Shown: positions 24,879 through 37,150 of the stretch, piece by piece
Numbering within the stretch: position 1 is the stretch's first letter
Layout of the letters: each line of letters begins with the position of its first letter
NCBI GenBank assembly: GCA_010909165.1
Contig: MU008171.1
Location: forward strand, 496,001-560,000
DNA length: 64,000 nucleotides
DNA from: Anthoceros angustus
Lineage: Eukaryota; Plantae; Anthocerotophyta
Reading direction: 5' to 3'
The notes under the pieces: generated by a model
Seen by the model: only the letters and a program-made list of their open reading frames with translations
Told to the model about the DNA's origin: nothing
The model's database searches: none
Position numbers and translations under genes: made by a program

Positions 24879-25343
24879 GACAGAATCAAATTGGCTTGCT
24901 GCCTCTCCCTGCTCGCCACGTTAACTGCAAGCGACTAGAAGAATAATTCGCGTTTGATCACACATAAAGGCATGTGATTCGCGTTTCACCATCCTTAGGC
25001 GTTTCAATAGTGTTGAGTCGTGACCACCACCTGTGTGTGCGGAGTCGGACTCTCGCCACACTGCGAAGGGTAAAAGTTTCCTTCCCTTCTATCTCCTCGC
25101 GGTAGGGTTAGGAGTAGGAGAAGGTTTCCGTGTAGATGCCGATGCCGGCACATAAAACGGAATATGTTACAGGTGAAGCGTGGACGGGAAGGTCAGTCGT
25201 GAGAGGCGACAAGCTGGCGTGCTGGCAATTGCAAGGTTCGGGGTTTCGTATGGTGCACGGACTGGTGCTGGTGGTGGAGCGGGGGATGAGGATGGGGAGA
25301 TGACCTATCTCATGGCTTGTGTTGTCTCACTGCATCCATCACC

Positions 25344-27165
25344 ATGGATTCCGACTCCTCTGCGCCTCATCAGCGCCGCCCGTTCCCGCCACCGCCTGCC
25401 AAGGTTTGGTCTCCACTCGCCCCTTTCTTGGCTGTCAGCTGCGCTGCATCTCTGTGTTGCTCTCTTGACGTGGGTGCGTTTCCGTGGCCGTCCCAGGTGG
25501 TGCTGCACACACGCAAGATCCTGTCCAAGCATGCCGAGAAGATTGCCGAAAGAGCTGACGAGCATCAGCACTTTCTGAACAAGGTCTGCATCTCAGCTTG
25601 TCACCGGTGTCCATTGATGATGCTCATTGCTGCTTTATTTTGCATATCAATCTCACCGATTCCTTGTGGCAGTTGACGTACAGCGTAGGAGTTGTCGCTT
25701 TCGGGACTTTCTGTTTTCTTCTGGGTTCAAGCAAGTTTTGCTCCCCATCATCTGTTTGCATCTCTGTGAAATTGCATATGCATGCTGGATTGTTCGATCC
25801 CTGTGGTGATCAAACTTTCACTGATTGCAGGGCCGCAAGATATACCGTATTTGTATTGCCTCTTCTTTATCATCGTCGCTCCTCTCAGATGGATTTATTA
25901 CCGCATCAAGAAGTGGCATTACTATCTCTTGGTATTTTATCACAGCTCCGTTGCGATGCCCTGCTTTCTGCTTCTAGTTGTCTGTTATCTTAGTTGCCCA
26001 TCCTCTGCTTTGTCGCAGGACTTCTGTTACTATGCGAACGCAATTTTCATGGTGATGCTTCTCTTCTTCCCAAAGAACGAAAAGCTCTTACTCGTCTGCT
26101 TCTCCTTTTCTGAGGTAGGTGCTAGTAGTTACAAAAGACCTTATGCCTCGCTGCATATGTTGACTTTGCAGTCAGAGCAGATGGAAGCCTTTCCTTTGTG
26201 TTAGCGTTTAATATGTTCGAGAATAAGCTGAGTTAATAGCGATGTGTGTAGCTTGCAGGGGCCTTTGGCATGGGCGATCATAGTATGGAGATGTAGCCTT
26301 GTCTTCAGTTCTGTTGACAAGATCATCAGTGTTCTGATACATCTGTTACCTGGTGAGTGCCCCTTGAAGTTTCAACCTTAAATGGCCCGTGTCCAATTAT
26401 GTTGCTAAGCAACTTAGCTGGCCAGATTAGTGGTCAAATGGTTGTGTAGGTGCTCTGACTACCTCATTTTTCATCCGAATCAGGAACTGTGTTTTTCATC
26501 ATTCGCTGGTGGGACCCTATCACTTTCTCTCAACATTCAGCGGAGGAGATTGGACCTTGGCCAGCCTGGCCCCTGCTGGAGACTGAGTCGCTTTGGACGT
26601 GGCTGTTCATTGTACCACTAGCCGCATATAGCATGTGGCAAATGATATATTTTCTTGTGGTCAATGTATTACGGCGACAAAGGCTCTTGAATGACCCTGA
26701 AGTGATGACGTCTTACAGGTAGGTTGGTGTGTAGTGAGCTGCCCAACTCCTGCTTCTTGATACCACTTCTGAGTGGCTTGTTCTGTCTTCAGGGAGCTCT
26801 CTAGGAAAGCAGCCAAGGCGAACAACATATGGTGGAGGCTGAGTGGACTTCTTGGCGATCAGAATCGGATGATTATGTATGCCTTGCTCCAGGCGTTGTT
26901 CACGGTTGCCACGATGGGCCTCACTGTGCCAATATTCAGATCTTACCGATTTCATGTGGCTTTTGAGTTCTTCAAGGTGGGAGCTGCTATTTGGAACGGT
27001 GGAAATTTTTTCTTCGATGTGATGATGCTAAGACAAGTTGACGCAAGGAAAAAGAAACCTTCCCGTAAGACTGCCGAGATCGTCGAGGAGGTGGGAAAGA
27101 AGGGATTGCAGAACGGTGCGTCTGATTTGTCAACAGGGCCAGATGCGATTCTCCATGATAGTTGA
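25344..27165 (+). CDS. Glycerophosphocholine acyltransferase 1-like (GPC1/GPCAT, DUF2838) membrane protein, multi-exon
   Basis: Exons encode [51 protein letters not shown] and WNGGNFFF, with GT-AG introns. The start codon is the first plausible ATG and is not proven. Confidence 0.85.
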
Positions 27166-28312
27166 TTCTAGTACAGTTTCAACCTCCATCAGTATTTCCT
27201 GTATTTCATCGTTTGCGGGTTTACCGTGGCTTTCCCAGAGGAGTTCTTTAAAGCGAGCGATTTGTGAACCCCTTGGTCTCGAAAAGTTGAACATCGTAGG
27301 TCATTAGGTTTTCTCTAGTTGAAACACCGGGGCAGGTTAGGAGTCAGTCAGAAACATACTGGCTAGCGACTGTCAATGCCTTTGTAGACGTGGATATTTT
27401 TCATATGAAAATTGTCGGGGCTTTGGATCTCTTGTTACGGAACGCCCGGAATTGGTTCCGCCGAGAGCAAGTTCACGGGAGCTGCTTCTAAGACGTTAAA
27501 CATGTGTACATTCAAAATTTGTATCTGGGTTGCAACGTTGTCATAGCACTCGCCTATGCTTCACTTAACAAAACGGTAAAGAACATTTTAACCCGTACAA
27601 ATGTCATCCAGCACAACGTTCACGACAGGCTAAGAAGGCCTTCGACTCTTCTGAGAGGGTCATACTGCATGCATCAGCAACTTCCGAAACCCGCTGCGAC
27701 CGACAGCAACAGAAAAACAACGCCGACAAAACCTAAACCTTAGATAACAACAAATAACCTTGGTCTTTTTCTGGAAAAAGTCTCAGCAACACTCTACGAC
27801 CAAAATGGTTCCAACCTTCACAGTAACGACGTCTCCCAAAGTAATGACAAGTCAGTCGTCTCTCCCACAGCTGTGCAGACTCCACCCAGAAGCAGCTGCA
27901 AGTGGTTTCCGCTACTGCACCATTCCCGTGTACCCGAATAACCATAGAAGCTGCTCTTCCAAAGCCAGCTCGTATCTTCAGATACAGCAAGTTGCATGGT
28001 AGCAAAACCTTCAAACCCACAAATCTTCCAGAGAAGGATCATGAACAGGGACAGTGAGTAAGTCGGCAAGGTGAGTGTTCCGAGGGGCCAGAAGAAAATC
28101 TATCTGCGGTAATGACTTTGGAAGTCCGAGCTTTCCAGGATCTTGGCATCTCAGCCTATGCGAAAGAAAAATGGTGGTTGATACTTGTCAGTAGACAGTG
28201 TGCTGATCTGCTGCTTGGCTCCATGACTTGTAACTGTCTCCTAGAATATCTGGTTGAAAACAAGAGCCCCAAGGGGATAGCCAAAGTCCCCGAGTGTCAA
28301 GATGTTCAGGAA

Positions 28313-28902
28313 CTACTCGTCAACAATATTGACCAGTTCGTACTCCACCAGCGAGAGATTGTTCTCTTCCTTCACAACAAAGCTGGCCGGCTCAGTCACT
28401 TCCACCCTGCCCCATTTATCCACGGCCAATCTCATTGACCCCTTGAACATATCAATTTTTGCATTGCGGAGCACAACTGTCACGCCCTCCTTCATTAGGT
28501 CAACTGCAGTCCACAATTAGAGGCCAGATCGCATTAACACGGATCGACAGGAACCTCAACAAAGCTTCCATCGACTTAAAACAATATCAGATAATAACAA
28601 ACATCCTTGCAGCAAATCGGACACATGAAGGATGAACCAAGAACCATGCAAACAGCAGTCGATCAGCAGATGCGCACACCTTGTTCGTTTCGTGCAGTGA
28701 AGACGATGACACCGGTGTCGTCTCCAACAATACATTCCGCAATCCGAACGTGCCGTACCTGGTTACCATCAGGTCGCGCCTTCTGCAGCACCAGCTTGGA
28801 ACTCACAACTTTCACCGTGAGCGTGTGGCCTGATGTGCCCGGGCGAAGTTGATCCACTGTTATAAATACAGGCTTTCTCAAATTGGCGTTCGGTGCAGCC
28901 AT
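28313..28902 (-). CDS. Small nucleic-acid-binding OB-fold protein (At4g28440-like), 2 coding exons (28902-28680, 28503-28313)
   Basis: MAAPNANLRKPVFITVDQLRPGTSGHTLTVKVV...AECIVGDDTGVIVFTARNEQ-VDLMKEG..VVLRNAKIDMFKGSMRLAVDKWGRVE. Confidence 0.92.
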
Positions 28903-30180
28903 CTCTGCAGTAACACTGATTCCACACCCGGAGTTGCCTTGGCTCGCACAGAGCCGCTGCACAGAAAGCCAACCAGTTAGAAGAAAAAAAACCTTCAAGA
29001 CAGCAGCGACAGTACAGCTGCCAGAACAAAGGTATGGATGCCCTAGACATCCGGATCGGCTGCACAGGCTACAGATCTGCCATCGCGCTGGACCAAGAGT
29101 CCAGGAAAAACTAGATGACAGGAAATTTGAGGCAGCCTACGAACCGATCTGGCCCGGTATACTTTGCGACATCAACCGAGCAATAAATCGAAAGAAAGAT
29201 GACACTCACCACGACTTCTTTGCAGCTCGCGCACAAAACGCGGCTACTAGACAAGGCAAAGCCAAAAACCAGGAAATCCCTAAAATTAATCGACTAGACC
29301 TACACGATGACAACAGATCCGCAAGGCGGAAACCAGTTGCTGCCAGTGGGAGGGCGGCGGCGCCAGCAAGAAACAGTGGAGCACCTAGACACCTGTAGCC
29401 AGCAAAAAGGGGGAAGCGGGCAAGCAGTGGGACAGACAGGAGCGCTTTACCTCAGAGTTCGCAAACAAGCCCGAGCGGTGACAACGCAGACGAAGAAGAG
29501 GCGTCACCAAAGCGCGGCAGAGGGTAGACACAGCTGGTCTGACTGGAACAAGGGAGGAGCGCTGTGAGAGGTGTGCGCGCGTAACCGGCCCTTGTGCTGA
29601 CGAGGCAATTTCGACACTCACTCCCAACCTGTAAACTTCTTCTTATGAACAAGTGTTTGAAGGCCTCCGAGGCACACACCTAGCTACAGTCCTGGACACC
29701 CTCCCTCGTTGGAATTGTTTGGGAGCATCGCTACAGCTCCCAATTAAATTAAGGAGGCATTCAATTTGATTAATTCATATTTTTAATAAAATATTTAAGA
29801 TTTAAAAATTTGAAAGCCTTTGAACTTGGTTATGATAAATCTATTAATATCACAAATTTTACCCCCCTAGATTCAGCACGGTTCATATAGATCATTTTTT
29901 GTGTGGATTCAATGAGAAAAAATGGTATTTTTTCAATATGGTTTCAGTCCACGCTGAAGTTCGTCTAAAACTGTCATATGGATTCAATGTTGAAAGAGTT
30001 TCATAACTTCATAATATATCGACATAACATATATTTGAAGTTCCATTTTCAAGGATTCTATAGTGTAATATATCAATATAAAATATATTTAATATAGTCA
30101 TCTCATGGATGTGCTAAATGGAAACCCCATTGAAATCAAATATATTCAAGATTCGAGACTAGGGATCCGCATCCTCGGTG

Positions 30181-30450
30181 TCTATGTATGATATGGACAT
30201 ATGAGTTGCGGACTGTTTGTTGTCCACTTGGTTGATCGGTGTCTATGTATGATATGGACATATGAGTTGCGGACTGTTTGTTGTCCACTTGGTTGAAAGC
30301 ATGGCGTGCAATGTTGTCCACTTGGTTGTATGATATGGACATATGAGTTGCGGACTGTTTGTTGTCCACTTGGTTGAAAGCATGGCGTGCAATGTTGTCC
30401 ACTTGGTTGAAAGTATGGCGTCCACTTGGTTGAAAGCATGGCGTGCAACC
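30181..30450. repeat. Higher-order minisatellite built from about 48-bp and 33-bp units sharing the core GTTGTCCACTTGGTTG
   Basis: Unit order approximately A-A-B-A-B-B'-B(partial), read directly from the sequence. Confidence 0.88.
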
Positions 30451-30789
30451 TAAACGTTGCCCACTGTCGACAAACAGCCATTAGAGTTTGTAAAATTGTA
30501 GGCTTAGGTCGAACAACCAACTCATTCCCCACAACTGTAATGTTCATAATTTATAGTGGTTCACAAAGAACGTCAATCTCTCATTGAAGTGAGGGATTAA
30601 ATGAACAGCTCTGGGTATGTTTAAGCATCTATCACCAGATAGCTTGGAACTCGAAGACGACTGTTTCTATGCTGGGCTCCCGGGATCAGCTGGGCCCCTC
30701 TCGCCGCTTGACCTAACTGGGCCCACGTAACAGCTGCTGAACAAGGTGTTTATGGCGTGTCTGCAGAGACAGGAATGCAGGTATCTGGG

Positions 30790-32598
30790 ATGAAGTTTCC
30801 ATCTCTGTCAATGGGGTGGTAAACCTGACATGCATCTTCCAGTTCACCACATTTTGCACACATGTCCACCAGGCAGGTGCCCACCACTACGTTATCTAGC
30901 AGTCCTCTTTCGACAATCTGTGAGTGAGCTGCATGCCCTTCTGCAAGGCACCAGTGCTTGAATAGGCCTTCAGAAGGCAAGCAAAAGTAAAATGGTCAGC
31001 CAAAAGCAGGTCCGCCTCCTCCATTTGTCCATACACAACAAGCGCCTCTTGGCCGAGCCCTTGCTGTGCATACCCAGCAATAAGGGCATTCCAAGTCACA
31101 ACATCCTTTGTGTTCATGCTGTCAAAAACCTGGCGGGCATCTTCCAGTTCACCACATTCCACATACATGTCCACAAGGCAGTAGCGGTTGCCCACCACTA
31201 CGTCAGCAGCAGTCCTCTTTCGACAATCTGGGAGTGCAGCTGCCTGCCCTTCTGTAAGGCACCAGTGCTTCCACAGGCCTTCAGAAGGCAAGCAAAAGTA
31301 ACATGGTTAGCCAAAAGCAAGCCCTCTAGCTGCATTTGTCCATACAAAGTAAGCGCCTCATGTCCAAGCCCTTGCTGTGTGTACCCAGCAATCAGAGCAT
31401 TCCATGTCACTACATCCTTTCTGTTCATGCTGTCAAAAACCTGGCGTGCATCTTTCAGTTCGCCACATTTTGCATACCCAGCAATCAGTACAGTCCATGT
31501 CACCACATCCTTTGTGGCCATGCTGTCAAAAACCTGGCGTGCATTTTTTCGTTCGCCACATTTTGCACACATGTCCAAGGCAGCTGCCAATAAACAAGTT
31601 AGTAGGAATGCCACTCTGCACCACATCGCGGTGCACTTTTCTGCCAGATTCCAAGTCGGCGGCAAATGCACAAGCTTGAAGGGCAGCTACAAAGACGTGA
31701 GCATCAGCCTTCACTCCTGACCTACCCATCTCATGGTACAGTTGTATGGCCTCCTCAGGTTTCCCGTGCTTAGCATGTGCAGAGATTATGGAAAACCACA
31801 TGAAGACATCTGGTTTGCCCACCCTGGTGAACCCATGGCCTCCTGCAGCCTACCTCCACATGCATACATGCGCAAGATATGGTTCCCAAGTATGCACTCG
31901 ACTCGTACCCAAGTTTGGCAGTGAGATCATGAACTCGACGCCCCACAACCAAATCCTTCTTAGCTGTACACAGTTTTAGTACAGTGTACAACAGAGACTG
32001 GGAAATGGCAGACTCTGTCTTCGCCAGCGATTCCAGGGCTCCAACGGCATCAGAAAGCTTCCCCTGCTGACATAACGTGCTCACGGTAACAGCAGTAACA
32101 ACACCCATTGCCGATCCTGCACGCCTCCCAGGTTTAGGCTTATCCGGGAGCTGGACTCGGAAGGAGAGGCACCATGTCCCATCTGCAGATCCATGCACAT
32201 GAGGTGCTCATCAACCCAAGCTGGCTTAAACATGTTGCTTAAGCACCTCGCCGGACCCCTTACGCCGGAAGTCAGGGGAACGGGCGCTCTTCTTACCTCG
32301 TCTGCTGTCCCACCACAGGGTAGGGTCCAGAGAAAATTGCTGCCACAAGTGCTCCTGCTCCTGGCAACGACCGTAGCTGGAAAACCTGTCCCGACCCACA
32401 CTTTCTCGGAAGTGGAAGTACTGGGCTCCTTACACTGCTGCACCTGGAGGCTTTGCTTGCCAGGAGTCGACTCCCTAAGCTGACGTTAGCAGGAGCTCCT
32501 CGTAGAATCCCTGTCCACACACTAATTTGTTGGGTCCCGCCTGAAAGCCAACGAACTGCAAAGAGAAGAAAAGAAGCTTTAGCTTTCGCTGTGACCAT
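30790..32598 (-). pseudogene. Third PDF-motif PPR paralog: one PDF module, frameshifted, 3'-truncated, no E/DYW domain visible
   Basis: Start context CGGTCCTTGAACGATG matches genes 1 and 2. QEQEHLWQQFS-LDPTLWWDSRRGKKSARSPDFRRKGSGE; AVTVSTLCQQGKL; PPR repeats down to about 30800, then unrelated sequence. Confidence 0.87.
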
Positions 32599-32886
32599 CG
32601 TTCAAGGACCGCCGTCGGAGGCGCTTGGACAGGACTGGGCCGCCCACAAACGCGTCCTCTCTACGCACACTAACCCACGGCCTCTACAGCAGCCAGGCCA
32701 GGGTCGGTGGACTGACCTGGACGGTGAATGGCAGTGCCTACAAAGTTGCTGAACAGCGGCAACTGCAGAATTGGGCTGACTTTGCTCGTGAACCAATCTC
32801 ATTGTGCAGTCCTTGCATTCTTGAGTTGCTAGTGTGTCATGGGGACACTGTTGTGAGATGGGAATTATGTTCTGCAGCTTGTATTC

Positions 32887-33862
32887 GTGGAACCCAAGCT
32901 GTGGTGGCCCAATGCGGTTGGTGTGCAAACTCTACATCAAGTTGACACTCTAGTGGAGGTTCGGGATTTTGGAGTGTCTGACTCTTGGAGTGGTCGCCAT
33001 GGCTTCCGACAAACACATAGCTACATAGACCCCCTCAACGGTGGAAGGTGCTGTCACTCCTCAGAACTAAAGGAGCAACATTTAGAGGTCCTTCAGGTTA
33101 AAATTTCATGTTGTACACTGTCTGGCATTTGAAATCCAGAGGGTGATTGTGAGGGCCTGGTGTAGATCATGCAATATAACTCTTTGAACTGGAACGTTGA
33201 TGTGAGTGCAGAAAGTTTGAGGTTAATGGTGAACCACTTTTCGTTCGAGGAGCGAACTGGATTGTATCTGATGGTTTACTTCGGCTTTCAGAGAACCGAT
33301 ACAGGACAGATGTCAGGTTTCACAGAGACATGAATCTGAATATGATCCGTGTATGGGGGGGTGCTTTAGCCGAACGTCCCCAGTTCCACAAGGCTTGTGA
33401 TGAGCATGGTCTTCTGGTTGGTTCTCGAAATCTCCTCCCTAGGTTACATGTTCTTTGACTGTTTCACCTTCGTTTCTGATGGGGTGGCAACAGGTGTGGC
33501 AGGAGTTCTGGATAACTGAAGACTGTAATGGTCGAGGGGTATCTCCATCTGACCATAGTTGGCCATTGGATCACAATGAGCAGTATCCTGCAGATGACAT
33601 CAATGAGACGTTGGAGGATGAACTGACGCTTCATTCAGCATTTGATATCACAAACCGTGCTAGTCCAAAGATGAGGTAATTGTCTTCCCAAAAAGCACTG
33701 CGGGTCCAGCATTTTTGCACTCACGGCATTGGGGTAACCTGTGAACTGTTTGCCCGCGATCACAGAGAATCTTGGGCTAGTGATCCTAGTCAATGCCTAG
33801 ATGGCAGCCGTCGGTATATTCAGGGTTCTTTGTGGGAAGGATGCGCAAACGTTGGAGAATAG
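32887..33862 (+). pseudogene. Internal fragment of mannosylglycoprotein endo-beta-mannosidase (GH2), introns retained
   Basis: LWWPNAVG...SDSWSGRHGFR; [49 protein letters not shown]; [15 protein letters not shown]; YIQGSLWEG. Both termini are missing and there is a deletion before NEQ. Confidence 0.87.
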
Positions 33863-35342
33863 GCATATGTTTTGGGAGACTCAGCCTGTTGGGCAGTATC
33901 AGGACATAGCGAAGACGGAACTGTCCGAGGGGCCAATTGAGCCCCCGCAGGAGGTGTCGGAGGTGCGGCATGAGCCCTACAATCTTCCCAGCAAGTACGA
34001 GTGGTGCACATGCGACATTTCGGATGATGGCACTATGAACGAGATCTACACTCTGCTGACGAATAACTATGTGGAGGATGATGACAACATGTTCAGATTT
34101 TGATTATTCCGTGGATTTTCTGCGCTGGGCGCTGAGACCTCCTGGTAACTTCACCAACTGGCACATAGGGGTTAGGGGCCGTGGCCTCTGGCAAGCGATA
34201 GGACTTGATGGTTCTACTCATCGTCATCCTCGGAGCCAGCCTCGAAAACCCGACATCAATCAGCTTCTTGGGATTCAAAGACCTATGCCAGTACTGGCAG
34301 GTGGCAACCGGGGTGGGCAGCACAACTCCACCCGTGTAGGCAAATGGTCATCAGCTCGCCTGGTGGGATGGTTTTTGGGAAGAGCAGTTGGCCATAGCGG
34401 GTGTAGTAGCGTCTGGAGCTCTTCGTCCATTGGACACAGCATGGAAATGGTATAACCGGGAGGAGCATTCTGAAGAACCCGAAGTGGCTCTTCCAGATGA
34501 AGTGATAGTGGACGCTACACTTGCGAGACGCATATTTGGACATGAGCGAGAGGTTTACACAGGGCCACACAGGAATGCTGCAAGAAGGGAACTGCGAGAC
34601 GCATATTTGGACATGAGCGAGAGGTTTACACAGGGCCACACAGGAATGCTGCAAGAAGGGAACGTCTGGAACAGCAGCACAGAGGATCGGTTACAGAGAT
34701 CCAGGCTGGCATGATGATTGCGGTCCAGGCTGGAGATGATCCGGACGGCCGTCCTTTCTGGCTGGGTAAGGTTGTGGATGTAGACCATGAAGCCGCTGGA
34801 CCGGTAGCGCAAGTCCACTGGTGGCGCACTGAAAATCCTAATGCATTGGAGGGTAGGTATTCCACATATTGTCTAAATGCACTCTTCTGGTCACCTCCTT
34901 GATCAACACAGGACCCAGCCTTTTCGATCTCAGCTTCTTGTGCACACACAAAAAGTTGATCTCCGCCCATCAACACCACTACGTCCCGAATCCGGATATG
35001 AGCCGGAATGCCTGTGATAAACGCACCAGCTTCGTAGACCGCCGGGCTATGAAGAGGAAAGTTGTTGCAGGGGTTACGAGGCTTTTGCAGGACTACCTGG
35101 TCCGGTTTGTAGTTCCACCTTTCTTTTCCAGGGATGATGTCGAATACTGGCATCTTCCGGTGGAAAATGTTGTGTACAGCTACGTTGTGGAGAACCTTCA
35201 GACCCATGAGCTCACAGACATTTGCAGTTTCTACACGTTGCCCTCTACGATCATAGGCAACGAGAACTACTCGGCATTGAAGGAAACTTACTCCTATTAC
35301 AATGTTGCCACAGTCACTCCGCTTCTACAACTCATGAATGAT
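33863..35342 (+). pseudogene. Scrambled glycylpeptide N-myristoyltransferase (NMT1-like) pseudogene with internal inversion (about 34178-35040)
   Basis: Plus strand: FWETQPV...[32 protein letters not shown]. Minus strand: [46 protein letters not shown] and [33 protein letters not shown]. Plus strand again: VTRLL..DVEYW.LP...CSFYTLPSTI...YSYYNVAT..LLQLMND. Confidence 0.92.
34342..34861 (+). mobile_element. About 520-bp foreign insertion inside the inverted NMT segment, probably a transposon-protein fragment
   Basis: Interrupts NMT between ..NMW and AYTG. Encodes ..GMMIAVQAGDDPDGRPFWLGKVVDV..VAQVHWW. Carries a 71-bp tandem duplication (34522-34592 and 34593-34663). TE origin is inferred. Confidence 0.5.
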
Positions 35343-35359
35343 AGTATCCTCTTCCTCCT

Positions 35360-35650
35360 TCACTCCAGCCCACCCACCCATCCATCCATCACTGCCATCG
35401 AGAAACTTACCGCCCAACAAATTATGGTTCAGGTAAAGATCCTGTAGCTTGGCCAGTCCCGAAAAGAAAGGAGCGAGGAAGGAAGGCCCCCGCCCAACTG
35501 ATTGTACCTCAGAAACAGGTGCTCCAAACTCCCCAGCTTCCCCAGCAATGCAGGGATGACGCCCGACAGCAGATTGAAATCCAGCGGCAAATCCTCCAGA
35601 TGGGGCATTCCCGAGGGCCGCCGGAACGCTACCTGCCACCGACGTTGCGG
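35360..35650 (-). pseudogene. Plant extracellular LRR fragment (RLK/RLP-like), frameshifted
   Basis: LEDLPLDFNLLSGVIPALLGKLGSLEHLFLRYNQLGGGLP and LAKLQDLYLNHNLLGG match the LxxLxLxxNxLxGxIP consensus. Confidence 0.85.
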
Positions 35651-36805
35651 AATCACGATCGAATCTCACCTGCTATGTTTTATGACGCAACTCCTTGGGG
35701 TGTACAAGCGCAGCGGTCACCCATTGTTGGTACGAAACTCCTGGTGGCAAGCGCCAGTGCCGGACATCGCAACGGTCTCCATTTGCTGGTACAGGACAGG
35801 GTCTTCGAACGGAAGTCTTGGAGCCAGACAACAAAGGTCTGTCCAAGCTCAGCCTGAACCAGGGTTGAGTGAAGAACCAAATACGTTCAGGTGGTCACAC
35901 TACGAGCAACAAGCTTCATAGCACAAAAAAAAAAATTATGTGCTGTAAAAGTCAAATATACATGCCCTATCGCAACTGGAGAAAAGCCATGTCACCCGGC
36001 TATTGTTGCAATCAATTGAAGACTATTGTCAACTCTTGCTCTTGGCGATGGGTCCATATTCTATCATGTTTTTTCTGATAAAATGGTGTAAGATTTTTTA
36101 CTCAAGTCTATGAATGTGGATCTATCAGAGGATTCCCTACTACGCAAATTTTATAAAGCGTGGGTTTCAACAACGGAGAACGGGGGCCTGAAAAAGATGG
36201 TTCCTATAAACATAGGAGAGGGAGCTATACTAAAGTATTGGTTGAATTTCAAGTTTAGGGTTTCTAATCTTCGTTTTCTTGGTGATCTAAGGTTGTGTCA
36301 ATTCTTGCAGGTTGCCAAAGCTCATTTGTATGAGCCCCTAGGCTTACCAAAGCCCAGGATTGAATGCTGCACAGAGGAGCTGAAGTCTTGGTCTGAAATT
36401 TACAAGTCTGGAAACTTGGAAATAAATGCCATATTCAAGAGTTTGCAAATAGCAGCATAGACCCATGGGGCTCAAATGTTGTGCACGGAGCTCCCGTCCA
36501 GAGTCTTTATGGGCACAAGGTATAATGCCGAGGAGCCTATTACAATTACTTTGGAGCAAGCTGGGTTCTTTTCATACGTGGTAAGTGAAATATCCATGAA
36601 TTGATTATATATATATATAATTATATAATTCTGACTTGGTACTTCAACTCTTGCAATGCGATGGATGAAAAAGTAATGGAAGCTCCTAGGATGCATGAGC
36701 ATCTCTTGGGCATGAAGAACATGGAAACTAGGATTATTGGAGCACGGGCCCGAATGAGAAGGATCGAAGTCCTCATTTAGTTTTCAGCTCATTCGGTTCT
36801 CTGTG

Positions 36806-36909
36806 GTTTAGGAGATTACTCACAAAGCTTGTTTATAACTATGTCATAGTTACAAGTGTTTAGGAGATTACTCACAAAGCTTGTTTATAACTATGTCATA
36901 GTTACAAGT
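36806..36909. repeat. Perfect 52-bp tandem duplication
   Basis: GTTTAGGAGATTACTCACAAAGC...TTACAAGT occurs twice. Confidence 0.9.
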
Positions 36910-37150
36910 ACACGGATCCTTGCATTCTCTTGTTACTTATGGTTGTCTTTTCCTCATTTTGTGGTCTTCTTTGTGGACAAGATTGTTGGGTTTACTGTAA
37001 TATTTTTGAAACATATTTTTTGATATAATAATATAGTATTAATATTAATATTTTATTTATTTTAATATTATGTTTTAATAATATGGTATCTAATGAATAT
37101 ATATTAAAAATATTTATTTTATAGAAAAATTATTGAATAAGAATAGAGAC

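Noticed and set aside
27504-28300. Short ORFs between the GPC1-like and OB-fold genes
   Set aside because: No recognisable motifs. Most simply explained as 3' UTR or intergenic DNA of two convergent genes.
30181-30450. CRISPR-like repeat-spacer pattern
   Set aside because: Only two spacer sequences are reused, spacing is irregular, there are no cas genes, and the context is eukaryotic. It is a higher-order minisatellite.
34869-35040. Plus-strand '[12 protein letters not shown]' looking like the [12 protein letters not shown] motif
   Set aside because: The true motif ([17 protein letters not shown]) is on the minus strand at the same place. The plus-strand similarity is a coincidental antisense reading.
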